From an uncultured virus (IMG/VR IMGVR_UViG_3300047319_001119) (taxonomy: Duplodnaviria > Heunggongvirae > Uroviricota > Caudoviricetes): DNA of 64,000 nucleotides. Below are positions 45,298-54,261 of this stretch, in pieces. The stretch is taken from the IMG/VR virus record IMGVR_UViG_3300047319_001119, one strand, 5' to 3'. Position numbers and translations under genes: made by a program. A model generated the notes under the pieces. The model did no database searches, was not told the DNA's origin, and was given only the letters and a program-made list of their open reading frames with translations. Position 1 is the stretch's first letter; each line of letters begins with the position of its first letter.

Positions 45298-46344
45298 ATG
45301 ATAAACGACGGAACATACAACATAGCAGGGCAGATAATCGAGGCGGCGAACGCGATCAGCGACAAGTTCGCGGGGATGGCAACAGGCGGCGGGTGCGACT
45401 ACATCGTGCGCTTCATCAATCCAGACAAAGACATGGCCGAGCGGAAGGTTCAATTCCTTCCCTCGCCTGTGCTGGTGATGGGATCGGCGATTGACGCGGG
45501 AACGCCGGACGATCTAACCGAGGCGTCGAGGGTGACGCTGTATCTGGATCAGGACGATTGGAGCGGGTGTCAGTCGATCACGTTCGAGTTTAAGAACGCG
45601 ATTGAGGCGTTGCGCTGGATGGGCAGTTACGACACCAGCCACTACGAGCCGAACGGTCAGACGGCGCTAGAAATGGCGCTGGCGTTGGGCTTCGATTCGG
45701 TGGAGCGGATGCACGAACATCAAACATGGTTGGAAGAACACGGCAGCAAGGAGTTTCAATCGTGGCTGGCGACGATCCGGCAACACTCGCAGGAAGCTAA
45801 ACGCGGCTTCAAGGTTGGCGATCTGGTGCGCTTTGTGCGGCAGGTTGACCGATTCCCGCATTTCAGTGTGCCAGTGGGCGCAACCGGCGTACTGGTGGAA
45901 TACACGAGGGGAAGCCTGATCGGTGAGGCCGAACACAAGGTTGGCGGGTGCGCTCATGTGCGCGTTCACGCTACGCTTTCGGGCGGGGAAGAATGGGACA
46001 ACTGCGTGGAGTGGATCGACGATCTGGAAACCTTCGAGGATTTCCACAAAGATGTGGAATTGTGGAAGCACGAACCGTCGCGGATTTGTGGTTGCCCGCG
46101 CTGCGCGTACGCTCAACGCGAGGTAGATACGCATACGGTGTTCGCATGGGTGCGCTGCATTGGTGACGGCAGTTATCTGTATCACTTCAAGGACAACGGC
46201 GTGGCGGTGTTCACCAAGAACAAGAGCGAGGCGCAACGCTGGCGCACGAATAACAAGGCGCTAAAAAACCTGATCGGCTTCGGGCATGGCGTCTATCAAT
46301 TCGAGGACGACGAGGGCAAGAAGATCGAGCCGAAATTCAACTAA
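45298..46344 (+). CDS. hypothetical multidomain protein
   Basis: 348 aa; AGAAAGGA RBS; FKVGDLVR SH3-like segment. Confidence 0.7.
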   Translation: MINDGTYNIAGQIIEAANAISDKFAGMATGGGCDYIVRFINPDKDMAERKVQFLPSPVLVMGSAIDAGTPDDLTEASRVTLYLDQDDWSGCQSITFEFKNAIEALRWMGSYDTSHYEPNGQTALEMALALGFDSVERMHEHQTWLEEHGSKEFQSWLATIRQHSQEAKRGFKVGDLVRFVRQVDRFPHFSVPVGATGVLVEYTRGSLIGEAEHKVGGCAHVRVHATLSGGEEWDNCVEWIDDLETFEDFHKDVELWKHEPSRICGCPRCAYAQREVDTHTVFAWVRCIGDGSYLYHFKDNGVAVFTKNKSEAQRWRTNNKALKNLIGFGHGVYQFEDDEGKKIEPKFN

Positions 46345-46429
46345 CGCCAACAAGCGCGGCGTCGGGCTTTGTCATACCGGCGCTGCGCGATTGGCGGTGG
46401 AAGAACCACCAGCAGAAAGAAAGGAAAAA

Positions 46430-46807
46430 ATGAAAGCACCAGTTAGAAAAATAGACGCTGGCTTTCAAGCCTACCATTGGCTTGATAACGGCGAGGAAGT
46501 GACCGGCACGGGCCGCGACAAGGCGACGGCGAGAAAGAATCTCAGCCGCGAATTGCAGCGGCGTAATCACCTGCCACCAGCGGCAGCAATCAAAACGATA
46601 TGGGACGCTGACGCTGAAACCAGCACAGAGGCGCTCCTGATCTGCGCTCCAACTCACGCGGATATTCAGCGTATGGCTGGATTCCCCGTTGACGACGAGG
46701 ATCGAGCGATTGCCGAGGAAGATGAAGCCGTGAGGCACGGCGCGGAAACCGAGCCTTACACACACGCCGAGGCGATGGCGCGTTGGGAAGCATGGGGTGG
46801 CGAATAA
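46430..46807 (+). CDS. hypothetical protein
   Basis: AGAAAGGAAAAA RBS before ATG 46430. Confidence 0.65.
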   Translation: MKAPVRKIDAGFQAYHWLDNGEEVTGTGRDKATARKNLSRELQRRNHLPPAAAIKTIWDADAETSTEALLICAPTHADIQRMAGFPVDDEDRAIAEEDEAVRHGAETEPYTHAEAMARWEAWGGE

Positions 46808-47334
46808 TGCGCGATCCGATTCTATCAAGCGATCCAAACGCGGTGGCACAGTTAAGCGAGAAACTCGCGGAGCTGGAAACGCGGCGCGACAAGATGAAAG
46901 CAGTAAACGCCGCGTGGCGCTCATTCGTAAAAACCGGGAATCCCGACAAGCTGCGCGCTTTCGGGATCGACGAGGCCGTGATGAAGGAAAAAATCGACGC
47001 GGCGCACTCGTGGGAGAAACAACCGTATGTCGGCTGGCAAATCACCAATCTCGGCGCACAAATCCGCACGGTGAAAGAGCGGATCAACACTGTGTCGCGT
47101 GTTCAGGCGCAGCCGGAGCAGAAGATCGAAGGCGACATGGGAATCCGATACGAGGATTCACCGGCAGACAATCGGGTGCGGCTGTTCTTCCCTGACATAC
47201 CGGCGCGGGAGATCCGCGAGAAACTCAAAAGCAACGGGTTTCGCTGGACTCCGACTCTCGGATGCTGGCAAGCCTACCGCAACTGGCGAGCCGAAACGCT
47301 GGCGCGAACGATGATCGGGCAGGTGGTCGCGTGA
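46807..47334 (+). CDS. DUF3560 C-terminal-like protein
   Basis: SSDPNAV..L.EKLAELE....MKAVNA...ITNLGAQIR..KERI...DNRVRLFFP..P....R.KLKSNGFRW.P..GCWQ. Confidence 0.7.
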   Translation: MRDPILSSDPNAVAQLSEKLAELETRRDKMKAVNAAWRSFVKTGNPDKLRAFGIDEAVMKEKIDAAHSWEKQPYVGWQITNLGAQIRTVKERINTVSRVQAQPEQKIEGDMGIRYEDSPADNRVRLFFPDIPAREIREKLKSNGFRWTPTLGCWQAYRNWRAETLARTMIGQVVA

Positions 47335-47435
47335 ACAAAAACGAATATCGAGTGAAACACGACAAGCGCGTGGCCTTCTGGCTGGCGCTAGGATTGCTTC
47401 TGGCTTGCGTTCTCGGGCTTTGGCTGTGGCTGTGA
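47331..47435 (+). CDS. 34-aa single-TM peptide
   Basis: MNKNEYRVKHDKRVAFWLALGLLLACVLGLWLWL; GTGA coupling. Confidence 0.5.
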   Translation: MNKNEYRVKHDKRVAFWLALGLLLACVLGLWLWL

Positions 47436-47538
47436 GTTCGTGACAATCCGCGCATCATGGCGAGGCTGTGGTGCGCGGGATGATGCGAATTGAACGGCTT
47501 TCGAGGGGACAGGGTACAGAATCAGGCGAAAAAAAGGC

Positions 47539-47593
47539 TTGCCTTGTCCGATACTTAGCGCGATAAGGATGCAAATAGCCGGTGTCCACCGGC
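47539..47593 (+). promoter_or_regulatory. second early promoter with leader hairpin
   Basis: TTGCCT-N17-GATAAG, then GCCGG-TGTCCA-CCGGC and AGAAAGG RBS. Confidence 0.55.
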
Positions 47594-47618
47594 AACCAAC
47601 AACCAAAAGAAAGGTAAA

Positions 47619-48218
47619 ATGAAGAAGCTAAACATGGGCGGCGCAACAACCGCCAGCAGCAAAACCAAGAGCAATCATCCCACCGTCGAAGCTGGGGATC
47701 GACTGTCGGCCTTGCTCTCGCAGTTCATCGTAGTGAATCCCCAATACAAAGCGTTCAAGGCACAGCACGAAACCTTGAGCCGCGACATTGGCGCGGAAAC
47801 CCGCCCAATGTATTTCGATCACTTCGCCGGACTCGTTCCAGAGTCCAGCACGATGCTGACCGAAGTCGATCACCGAGGCGTCAAGCTGATCGTCAAAGAC
47901 GCTTACAGCAAAAACGTAGTCAACGACGAGGCGCTTCGACGCGCCATTGGCGACGATCTGGTAGAAAAGTATTTCGAGTGGCGCACGGAATACAAGGTGG
48001 ACTATTCCAAGATTCCCGAAGCCAAACAGGAACCCTTCGCCAACGGCGTTGAGGAACTGAGGGCGCGGCTGGGAGTGCCAGCCGAGGCCGTGACCGCCAA
48101 GCAATACCTCGCGCCTAGAGCGGGATTCCACCAGAGCCGCACGGTCTTGTTGACCGCCGAGCAGAACAAGGCGCTGGACAACGAAATGCCGGTAACGGCG
48201 TATCCGATGCTGGCCTAG
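47619..48218 (+). CDS. hypothetical protein
   Basis: 199 aa with strong RBS. Confidence 0.7.
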   Translation: MKKLNMGGATTASSKTKSNHPTVEAGDRLSALLSQFIVVNPQYKAFKAQHETLSRDIGAETRPMYFDHFAGLVPESSTMLTEVDHRGVKLIVKDAYSKNVVNDEALRRAIGDDLVEKYFEWRTEYKVDYSKIPEAKQEPFANGVEELRARLGVPAEAVTAKQYLAPRAGFHQSRTVLLTAEQNKALDNEMPVTAYPMLA

Positions 48219-48219
48219 C

Positions 48220-48885
48220 ATGGAAGCAACACTGAATAACGCGCTGGTGTCCTATCCACCAGCGCCACAAAACGGGGGTGCGCTCGATCTAGCGCCAGAC
48301 AAGATAGGCGATTGGGCGTGGCAACCGAAGATCGACGATTGGCGCGGCGTTGTGAACGTCGAAACCGATCAGGTCTGGAACCAATACGGCGAATTGTCCA
48401 CCGTCGCAGCGCAAGGCAAGATTGCCGTCGCGCTGGCGAAGTTTAAGACGTTAGTGGCGTTCATGCCTCTATCTGCTGGATCGCCAAAACTGTGGGACGT
48501 TGGAATCATGGAAAACCGGCACGATCTGATGCGCGGTTGCCTCGTGATTTTCGACTTCATGGATTCACCGATTACGCACGGCGTTCGACGCGCTCTGATG
48601 GAACAGGTGTTCCCGATCCTGCCAATCGCTTCGCGGCTGCTGGCAGATGGGCAGGTGCGTGACCGCGTTTACCTAATCAACGAGTGGCGCAACGAAACGC
48701 ATCCAGAAATGCTCAAGGGCAAAGTCGTAATGACGCTGCAACTGCTCCTGCAACGCGAGAACGAGATTGTCGGTCACAAGTTCTACGAAGGGCTGGTCGC
48801 CAAGAGGCGCGACGTTACCTATCCGGCGAAGTCAGCGCCGAAGCAGAAAACCAACTGGTGGATCAAACATCGTTTCGACCAATGA
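48220..48885 (+). CDS. ATP-dependent ligase-like nucleotidyltransferase (adenylation domain only)
   Basis: Motif I QPKIDDWR, IIIa VIFDF, IV EGLVAK, V WWIKHR; ends right after motif V. Confidence 0.7.
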   Translation: MEATLNNALVSYPPAPQNGGALDLAPDKIGDWAWQPKIDDWRGVVNVETDQVWNQYGELSTVAAQGKIAVALAKFKTLVAFMPLSAGSPKLWDVGIMENRHDLMRGCLVIFDFMDSPITHGVRRALMEQVFPILPIASRLLADGQVRDRVYLINEWRNETHPEMLKGKVVMTLQLLLQRENEIVGHKFYEGLVAKRRDVTYPAKSAPKQKTNWWIKHRFDQ

Positions 48886-49082
48886 ACGTCCACGAAGCAC
48901 TAGCGGCGGTCGCACACGCTGACGAAACGATCAGCGGTTGCGAGGGCATCGAAGAACTGGACGAAGCCAGCGACTACCAGACGGCGCTTGGAAATTGTCC
49001 GAGCGACTTCACACAAGAACAGATGGAATTAGCACAAAACCTCATCCTGCGAGCGTTCGAGCGTTCGATAGGGCGAGCATAG
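48882..49082 (+). CDS. hypothetical protein
   Basis: ATGA-coupled acidic ORF. Confidence 0.55.
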   Translation: MNVHEALAAVAHADETISGCEGIEELDEASDYQTALGNCPSDFTQEQMELAQNLILRAFERSIGRA

Positions 49083-49151
49083 TTCCCGTCTGGCGATTTC
49101 GGGGGAGTCGCCAGCGGGGAGCAATGACGCTCCAAAAACGAAAGGAAAAAG

Positions 49152-49469
49152 ATGGATTCAAGAGCAGCAAAAGGAATCGCGGCCAACATCACGGTCATTG
49201 CCCAATGCACCGCGAGGATCGCCGTGATCGACGGCTCCGAAAATAGCGTTCGCTATTCGGATGCGTCGATGGAAACGCGCAGCAACGACTGCGAGCGGAT
49301 CGACAAGGCGCAATCGAGTATTGCCCAGTGGCTACAGCAACCGATGGCTCGCGGCAATGGGATGATTGAGGCGCTGGCGAAAGCGCATCGCGCCTTGGAC
49401 GGTGACTCTAACGACGACGAACACGACGCCCTGGTGCAGCTCGTGGAAGCCGTGGAGCAAGGCCAGTGA
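49152..49469 (+). CDS. hypothetical protein
   Basis: GAAAGGA RBS. Confidence 0.6.
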   Translation: MDSRAAKGIAANITVIAQCTARIAVIDGSENSVRYSDASMETRSNDCERIDKAQSSIAQWLQQPMARGNGMIEALAKAHRALDGDSNDDEHDALVQLVEAVEQGQ

Positions 49470-49789
49470 AATACGAAATCGACACAGTCGAATCGAATTG
49501 CACCGGCTACCTGATTGCGGTGGACAAGTCAGGAAGGCATCACCGGCTATTGGGTCTGGCGATCTGCCAGAGCGTATGCGTGACAATCGAAAGCCGGTTC
49601 CACTACTTCAAAACCAAAGGCGACGATTGCATCGTGCGCTTCGACATTCCGCGCAAAGCCAAAGAGGGCGAACCGACGCTCGAAACGCGGCTGGAATTGT
49701 CCCAAGCGTGGCTATCGGCTGAAATGAGTCGCCTCGGAGCGTTGCAAGACGATCTGGACACCTTGGCGAAAGCGAGGGCCAACCAATGA
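49466..49789 (+). CDS. hypothetical protein
   Basis: GTGA coupling. Confidence 0.6.
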   Translation: MKYEIDTVESNCTGYLIAVDKSGRHHRLLGLAICQSVCVTIESRFHYFKTKGDDCIVRFDIPRKAKEGEPTLETRLELSQAWLSAEMSRLGALQDDLDTLAKARANQ

Positions 49790-50178
49790 GCCGCAAAAAA
49801 TCATGCGCTGGCGTATATGTGGAAGATCACTATCCGGTTGGCGCTTTCGACACATCGAAGGCGAAAACGGTGAAGCCGCTAAAACACAAGGATCTCCTGC
49901 TGGCCGAAGTGGAGAAGTTTGTCAGGAAGGGTAAAACCGCGCAGAAGGCCGTCGAGAAGATCACAAAGCATTTCGGCGGCCCAACCACCAGCATCAGGCT
50001 AACAGCGCCGGAACGGGACACGATCCTCGCGGCGCTGCGCCACTGGCAAAACCGAACCTGCTCGTTGAAGCAGCGCACACAAATGCGCGACATCGAGCTA
50101 ATCTCAACCAACGGCGGCGAGCATCCGGCGCTCACCAGCCCGCAAATCAACGCGCTTTGCGCGGATCTCAACCGATGA
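49786..50178 (+). CDS. hypothetical protein
   Basis: ATGA coupling; ERDTILAALRHWQ segment. Confidence 0.6.
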   Translation: MSRKKSCAGVYVEDHYPVGAFDTSKAKTVKPLKHKDLLLAEVEKFVRKGKTAQKAVEKITKHFGGPTTSIRLTAPERDTILAALRHWQNRTCSLKQRTQMRDIELISTNGGEHPALTSPQINALCADLNR

Positions 50179-50333
50179 AAACCTACCAGATCGCGGAGTG
50201 CTGCCTGTATGAGGTCGATGCGAACGACGCCGAGGAAGCGGAGTTCATTTTCCTCAACGCCGACAAAATCAATGAGTTCTTCGTGGCGGTCGAAGATCGG
50301 GACATTACGGAGAAAAAAGATGAAAACCTATAG
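50175..50333 (+). CDS. small acidic hypothetical protein
   Basis: Read by hand: MKTYQIAECCLYEVDANDAEEAEF...; ATGA coupling. Confidence 0.55.
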   Translation: MKTYQIAECCLYEVDANDAEEAEFIFLNADKINEFFVAVEDRDITEKKDENL

Positions 50334-50553
50334 GGTCTGGATCGAAGTCGAGGAATACGACGACGAGAAAGACGAGTACCGAAACTGTGACGGCCTCGGC
50401 GGTGCTGAGGTCGTCACGCTACCAACCGAACAAGAGGCGATTGGCTTTGCCGAGCGCCTTCAACAAATGGGCGAGATTCTCGCCTCACTGGACAGAACAA
50501 GAAAGGAAACCAATGCAATTAAACGACAAGATCGCGCTGAAAAAACTGCGTGA
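50320..50553 (+). CDS. hypothetical protein
   Basis: Starts MKTYRVWIEVEEYD. Confidence 0.55.
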   Translation: MKTYRVWIEVEEYDDEKDEYRNCDGLGGAEVVTLPTEQEAIGFAERLQQMGEILASLDRTRKETNAIKRQDRAEKTA

Positions 50554-50968
50554 AGTAATTGAGGCGCAACTGAGCGCCGTAGTGGAAACTCTCGGGCTGG
50601 AGTCGCTCAAAACGGGCAACATCAGCTACGACGCGAGCGGAACCGAAGCGAAGATCCAAGTGATCGCCAAAGCGAAACGCGAGGACGGCAGGATCAAGGA
50701 AGAAATCGACTACGAGAAGTACGCCGAAATGTTCGGGCTCAAACTCGATTGGCTGCACATGTCCTACCGTCGCCAGAACGGCGAAACGGTGGAGATCCTC
50801 GGGCTTTGCCCGAACAGGAGCAAGTTCCCGGTTTTGGTCGTGAACACCAAGACCAACAAGCGATTCCTGCTCACGATCGAGGAAGTGCAGAAAAAACTCG
50901 GTGGCGTGAAGGTCGTGCCAATGGAATCCACGCTTGAGCTGGTCCCGCCACCACCGAGGACAAGCTGA
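50513..50968 (+). CDS. hypothetical protein
   Basis: AGAAAGGA RBS before MQLND; GL.P.RSKFPV segment. Confidence 0.65.
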   Translation: MQLNDKIALKKLREVIEAQLSAVVETLGLESLKTGNISYDASGTEAKIQVIAKAKREDGRIKEEIDYEKYAEMFGLKLDWLHMSYRRQNGETVEILGLCPNRSKFPVLVVNTKTNKRFLLTIEEVQKKLGGVKVVPMESTLELVPPPPRTS

Positions 50969-51195
50969 TGTGGATCGCAATCAACCATTCCATCGAGGAC
51001 GCAATCAGCTCCAACATGGATACCATCTTCGCGGTCAAGATCGCGTACGAAAACGCCAGCGAGCCGATAGCGAATCTGGCCGAAATCTCGCTACGCGGGA
51101 CGCTCGTTCGAGCCAACTCGCTGGACACCGAGCTGCGCGCTTTCGCGCTGGCGATCGCACCGATGGTCAAACTAGAAAGGGAGAACCAAGAATGA
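50968..51195 (+). CDS. hypothetical protein
   Basis: TGATG coupling. Confidence 0.55.
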   Translation: MWIAINHSIEDAISSNMDTIFAVKIAYENASEPIANLAEISLRGTLVRANSLDTELRAFALAIAPMVKLERENQE

Positions 51196-51380
51196 CTAGC
51201 CAAGAACTGATCGACAAATACGTGGATAAAAAAGCGATGTGGCTGGCCGTCGAAATTTGGGTGCCGGTCAACACGCTGGATGTTCGACAAGCCTTCGGGC
51301 GGATCGACGTAAGAATCACGCCAATCGGCGGGAAAGGCGAAATGTGGGTTGCCTCAGACGCGCTCAAATATACGGTCTGA
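51192..51380 (+). CDS. hypothetical protein
   Basis: RBS and ATGA coupling; DVRQAFGRIDVRITPIGGKGEMWV. Confidence 0.6.
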   Translation: MTSQELIDKYVDKKAMWLAVEIWVPVNTLDVRQAFGRIDVRITPIGGKGEMWVASDALKYTV

Positions 51381-51402
51381 GCTAGGCATAAAGTGGAAAT
51401 TG

Positions 51403-51431
51403 GGCGTCTGGCGCGAGTCAGACGCCTTTTT
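51403..51431 (+). terminator. rho-independent terminator of the plus-strand cluster
   Basis: GGCGTCTG-loop-CAGACGCC-TTTTT at the convergence of plus and minus operons. Confidence 0.8.
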
Positions 51432-51473
51432 CGCGTAATTGGGCTTTCGAGGATGCCCGTAGAATCGTCGCAA

Positions 51474-51785
51474 TTACTTTTCCGCTGTCTCGTCACCGGT
51501 CGCATCAGGGAAAAACGTCCGGCGCACGTGTGCAGCCACGGCGTCGTCGATATGAGTACACCATTGACGCACCGAGAAGCCTTTACACGGACAGGTCGGG
51601 GATCGCTGCGGCGTTTCGATCAGTGGCCGAATATCGACGTCGTAATGCTCGCCTGGTGCGGAAGCCGATTCTACCCGGTAGAAGCCGTTGCCGAGGTACT
51701 CGACTTCGTGTCGGAGCTTGGGGAATTTGCGCTGAATGGCGACGGTAGGCATCGCAGTTTTGTGTTTGCCACGTTGAAGCGCCAT
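51474..51785 (-). CDS. SWIM-type zinc-finger protein
   Basis: YRVES...YDVD...CPCKGF...WCTH (CxC-xn-CxH). Confidence 0.7.
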   Translation of the reverse strand: MALQRGKHKTAMPTVAIQRKFPKLRHEVEYLGNGFYRVESASAPGEHYDVDIRPLIETPQRSPTCPCKGFSVRQWCTHIDDAVAAHVRRTFFPDATGDETAEK

Positions 51786-52201
51786 CGCAACTCATGTTTA
51801 TCAGCCCAGCTCCAATATCGCCAGAGCAAACCGGAGATCCGCGGCGAGCAAACGAACAGAAGCCCGCTACGCATCGAGGCTTTCTTGGCGAAATCGATTC
51901 CACGGTTGCGTACGTGCACAACGAACTGCATCCGCACGATCCGGCGCATCCGCCATGCTCGAGTCCACCAGTGCGTTTTCTGCGCGCGCGTGAAGCGATA
52001 AACGTAATCCTGTAAGAGCTTCATGGCCTTGAGTTCCTCAATGAACGGCTCGTAACACTGTTTTCGGACCAGAAACCGCTTGGCAACGAAGGTCTGGCGC
52101 AGCGATTCGTCGATCGCGCCGGTTATCTCGATGGTTTGCAGGCGCGCGAAGTGGTCCTCAACGCCGCAGCCGCAGTCGCAGAGCATCTTGCCGGCGCTCA
52201 T
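51671..52201 (-). CDS. hypothetical protein
   Basis: ATG 52201 overlaps the upstream stop; N-terminal CDCGC. Confidence 0.5.
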   Translation of the reverse strand: MSAGKMLCDCGCGVEDHFARLQTIEITGAIDESLRQTFVAKRFLVRKQCYEPFIEELKAMKLLQDYVYRFTRAQKTHWWTRAWRMRRIVRMQFVVHVRNRGIDFAKKASMRSGLLFVCSPRISGLLWRYWSWADKHELRWRFNVANTKLRCLPSPFSANSPSSDTKSSTSATASTG

Positions 52202-52545
52202 TGACCGAGGTCGCGCAGGATCTCGACCGTATTGAAATCGAAGTTGGGAACGGTCAGGATTTTCCCATCGGGGAACGTGACCTGCCATTCGTGGTCGTAG
52301 ATCCCTTCCTGTTGCACATCGTCTGCGGTTGGCTGGTATTCGACGTTGCCAAGAGTGGGATCTCCTGCGATTGCACCGACGCGAATGAGAGTCAGGTCGC
52401 TACCCGGCGAACGGCCGCGACGGCGCATCAGGAACTTGATCGTCGAGCCGGTGAGATTCACAGGCACTCCGTCAAGCGTCAGGGTGTCGATGAATTTCCC
52501 CTTGGTATCGTTGCGTTTGATTTTGATGCTAGTCAACGTAGGCAA
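52198..52545 (-). CDS. BppU N-terminal-like (baseplate upper/tail adaptor) protein
   Basis: IKRNDT...PVNLTGSTIKF...GNVEY...D...G.YDHEWQVTFPDGKILTVP. Confidence 0.7.
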   Translation of the reverse strand: MPTLTSIKIKRNDTKGKFIDTLTLDGVPVNLTGSTIKFLMRRRGRSPGSDLTLIRVGAIAGDPTLGNVEYQPTADDVQQEGIYDHEWQVTFPDGKILTVPNFDFNTVEILRDLGQ

Positions 52546-53956
52546 GGTTGCCGTCCGCGCGCTGCTTTATCAAGCTCGAAATGGCCTGTTGCGTTGCGAG
52601 CTGGCAGTCGGCTACCGGTATAACGAGCAGGGAATCGGCTATCGGGACCGCCAGAGCGCCGTCGGTAACGACGTTGCGGAAGGTGCCAGCCGCAATCGAG
52701 CCGTGCAAGTGGGACACGACCGGTAGATTTCCGGTAGGAAACGGTAGGAGATAAAGAAACGGACCAGCCAGCCGCAATCCTACTGTCAACTCGCTGAGGT
52801 GCAGGAAGTCGACAGTAGACCGGAGCCGATCAGCGCCTTCACGTTCAAGGAAGTCCGTGACAACGAGCAGTTCGGAGAGCGAACGGTGCAGGCCGAGTGT
52901 CCGCGACGCCGTACAGGTCACTGTGAGCGCGTCCTGAGCCGTTACAACGCGCGATTGGATTCGGGAAACGACTTCTGAGGTGTGCAGGCTTTCGGTGGCG
53001 AACCTTGAAAGCTGTACGGTGGAACTTGCGCTGGCGGTTTCGCTGATAACCAGAGCGTCAACGGCAAAGCGCACAAGATGCGCGGGCGCGATGACTGACA
53101 CGGACTCCGAAATATGCAGCATCTCGGAAGCGACCCGAGCGTTTCCAAAAACCGGACTGACCGATTGAGTGAACGTGAGCGCGTCAGAGGACGAGCGCAG
53201 GGCGCTCAGTAGTCTTGCGACACTCTGTACGATGAGGAGCGAATCAGTGGCCGAGCGCGCTGTGACCTTGGCTTTAGACGCAACTTCGGCAACCGACAGG
53301 GACTCGGCAGCGGTGCGATTAGTCGCAATGCCGCGCGTCAGGTTCTCGCTGACCGTGAGCGCGTCAGTGGCCAAAGCTGGCTTAGTCGATCGGGCGACTT
53401 CACTGATTGTGAGCGCATCGGTGGCAGAGCGGAAAACCGTCTTGGAAACCGAAACGACTTCGCTGATCGTGAGCGCGTCAGTGGCAACGCCGGAAATTCC
53501 CCAGGCGAACACCAGTTGCAGGGGATCGTAATACCCGAAGTTGGACGCTCCTTGGTTGTAGAGGATCGTGCCGGCGCTAGCGGGCAAAACCAAAGTCGGC
53601 GCAACGCCAAAAGCGTATTTGATCGGCTGGGATCCGCGCGCCTCGAATACGCCAAGCGGAGAAACGCCGACGCCGGGATTCAACTGCGTGTCGCCGCTCA
53701 GGGTTGTTTTGAAGATCGTCGAGGGACCGGCCACGCTGGCCGTTGTCGTGACGCTCAACGTTTCAGTGACCCTGAAAAACTTGGTGTTCCTGATCGACTC
53801 CGAGGTCGAGAGCGCGTCGAACGCTTTGGCTGCGAGTTTGGAAGCCGATGCCGAAAGAGAAGCTGTGAGCGATTCGGTCGCCTTGGCCGCGATCCCGAGC
53901 CTAGAAGAATCCGCGAAGCTCGGCGCGTCGGTGGTCGTTCTGATCACAGCAGCCAT
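52529..53956 (-). CDS. tail fibre-like repeat protein
   Basis: Many R.ATD(A/S)L.(I/V)SE repeats; C-terminal LPFPTGN motif shared with 55994-59302. Confidence 0.65.
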   Translation of the reverse strand: MAAVIRTTTDAPSFADSSRLGIAAKATESLTASLSASASKLAAKAFDALSTSESIRNTKFFRVTETLSVTTTASVAGPSTIFKTTLSGDTQLNPGVGVSPLGVFEARGSQPIKYAFGVAPTLVLPASAGTILYNQGASNFGYYDPLQLVFAWGISGVATDALTISEVVSVSKTVFRSATDALTISEVARSTKPALATDALTVSENLTRGIATNRTAAESLSVAEVASKAKVTARSATDSLLIVQSVARLLSALRSSSDALTFTQSVSPVFGNARVASEMLHISESVSVIAPAHLVRFAVDALVISETASASSTVQLSRFATESLHTSEVVSRIQSRVVTAQDALTVTCTASRTLGLHRSLSELLVVTDFLEREGADRLRSTVDFLHLSELTVGLRLAGPFLYLLPFPTGNLPVVSHLHGSIAAGTFRNVVTDGALAVPIADSLLVIPVADCQLATQQAISSLIKQRADGNLAYVD

Positions 53957-53957
53957 T

Positions 53958-54260
53958 TCAGGTGAACAGGATTGGAGCGCCGCCACTGGTCAGTGACACG
54001 CGGAGCTTGGTTGTGGTGAGGCCAACGGCCAAAACAAAGTATTGGCCGTTGAAGTCGAGCTGGGGCGGAAGCGCGCCGCCTTGAACGCTGAACCGGACGA
54101 GCTGATCGGCAACAAGGCCGTGAACAACTTTAACGGTTATGTCGCCGGTTCCGTCAGTCGCAAAAGAGCAGGAACCAATGAGGGCATTGAGAAGTCCCAC
54201 CGCCGCATACCCAGCATTGGGCATCTGGTCGGCGCGAAGCTGGAATACGCGAAGCGCCAT
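53958..54260 (-). CDS. tail-associated small beta protein
   Basis: HGL...VRF...GALP..L......YFV......T.LRVS.T.GG.PI pattern. Confidence 0.55.
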   Translation of the reverse strand: MALRVFQLRADQMPNAGYAAVGLLNALIGSCSFATDGTGDITVKVVHGLVADQLVRFSVQGGALPPQLDFNGQYFVLAVGLTTTKLRVSLTSGGAPILFT

Positions 54261-54261
54261 G

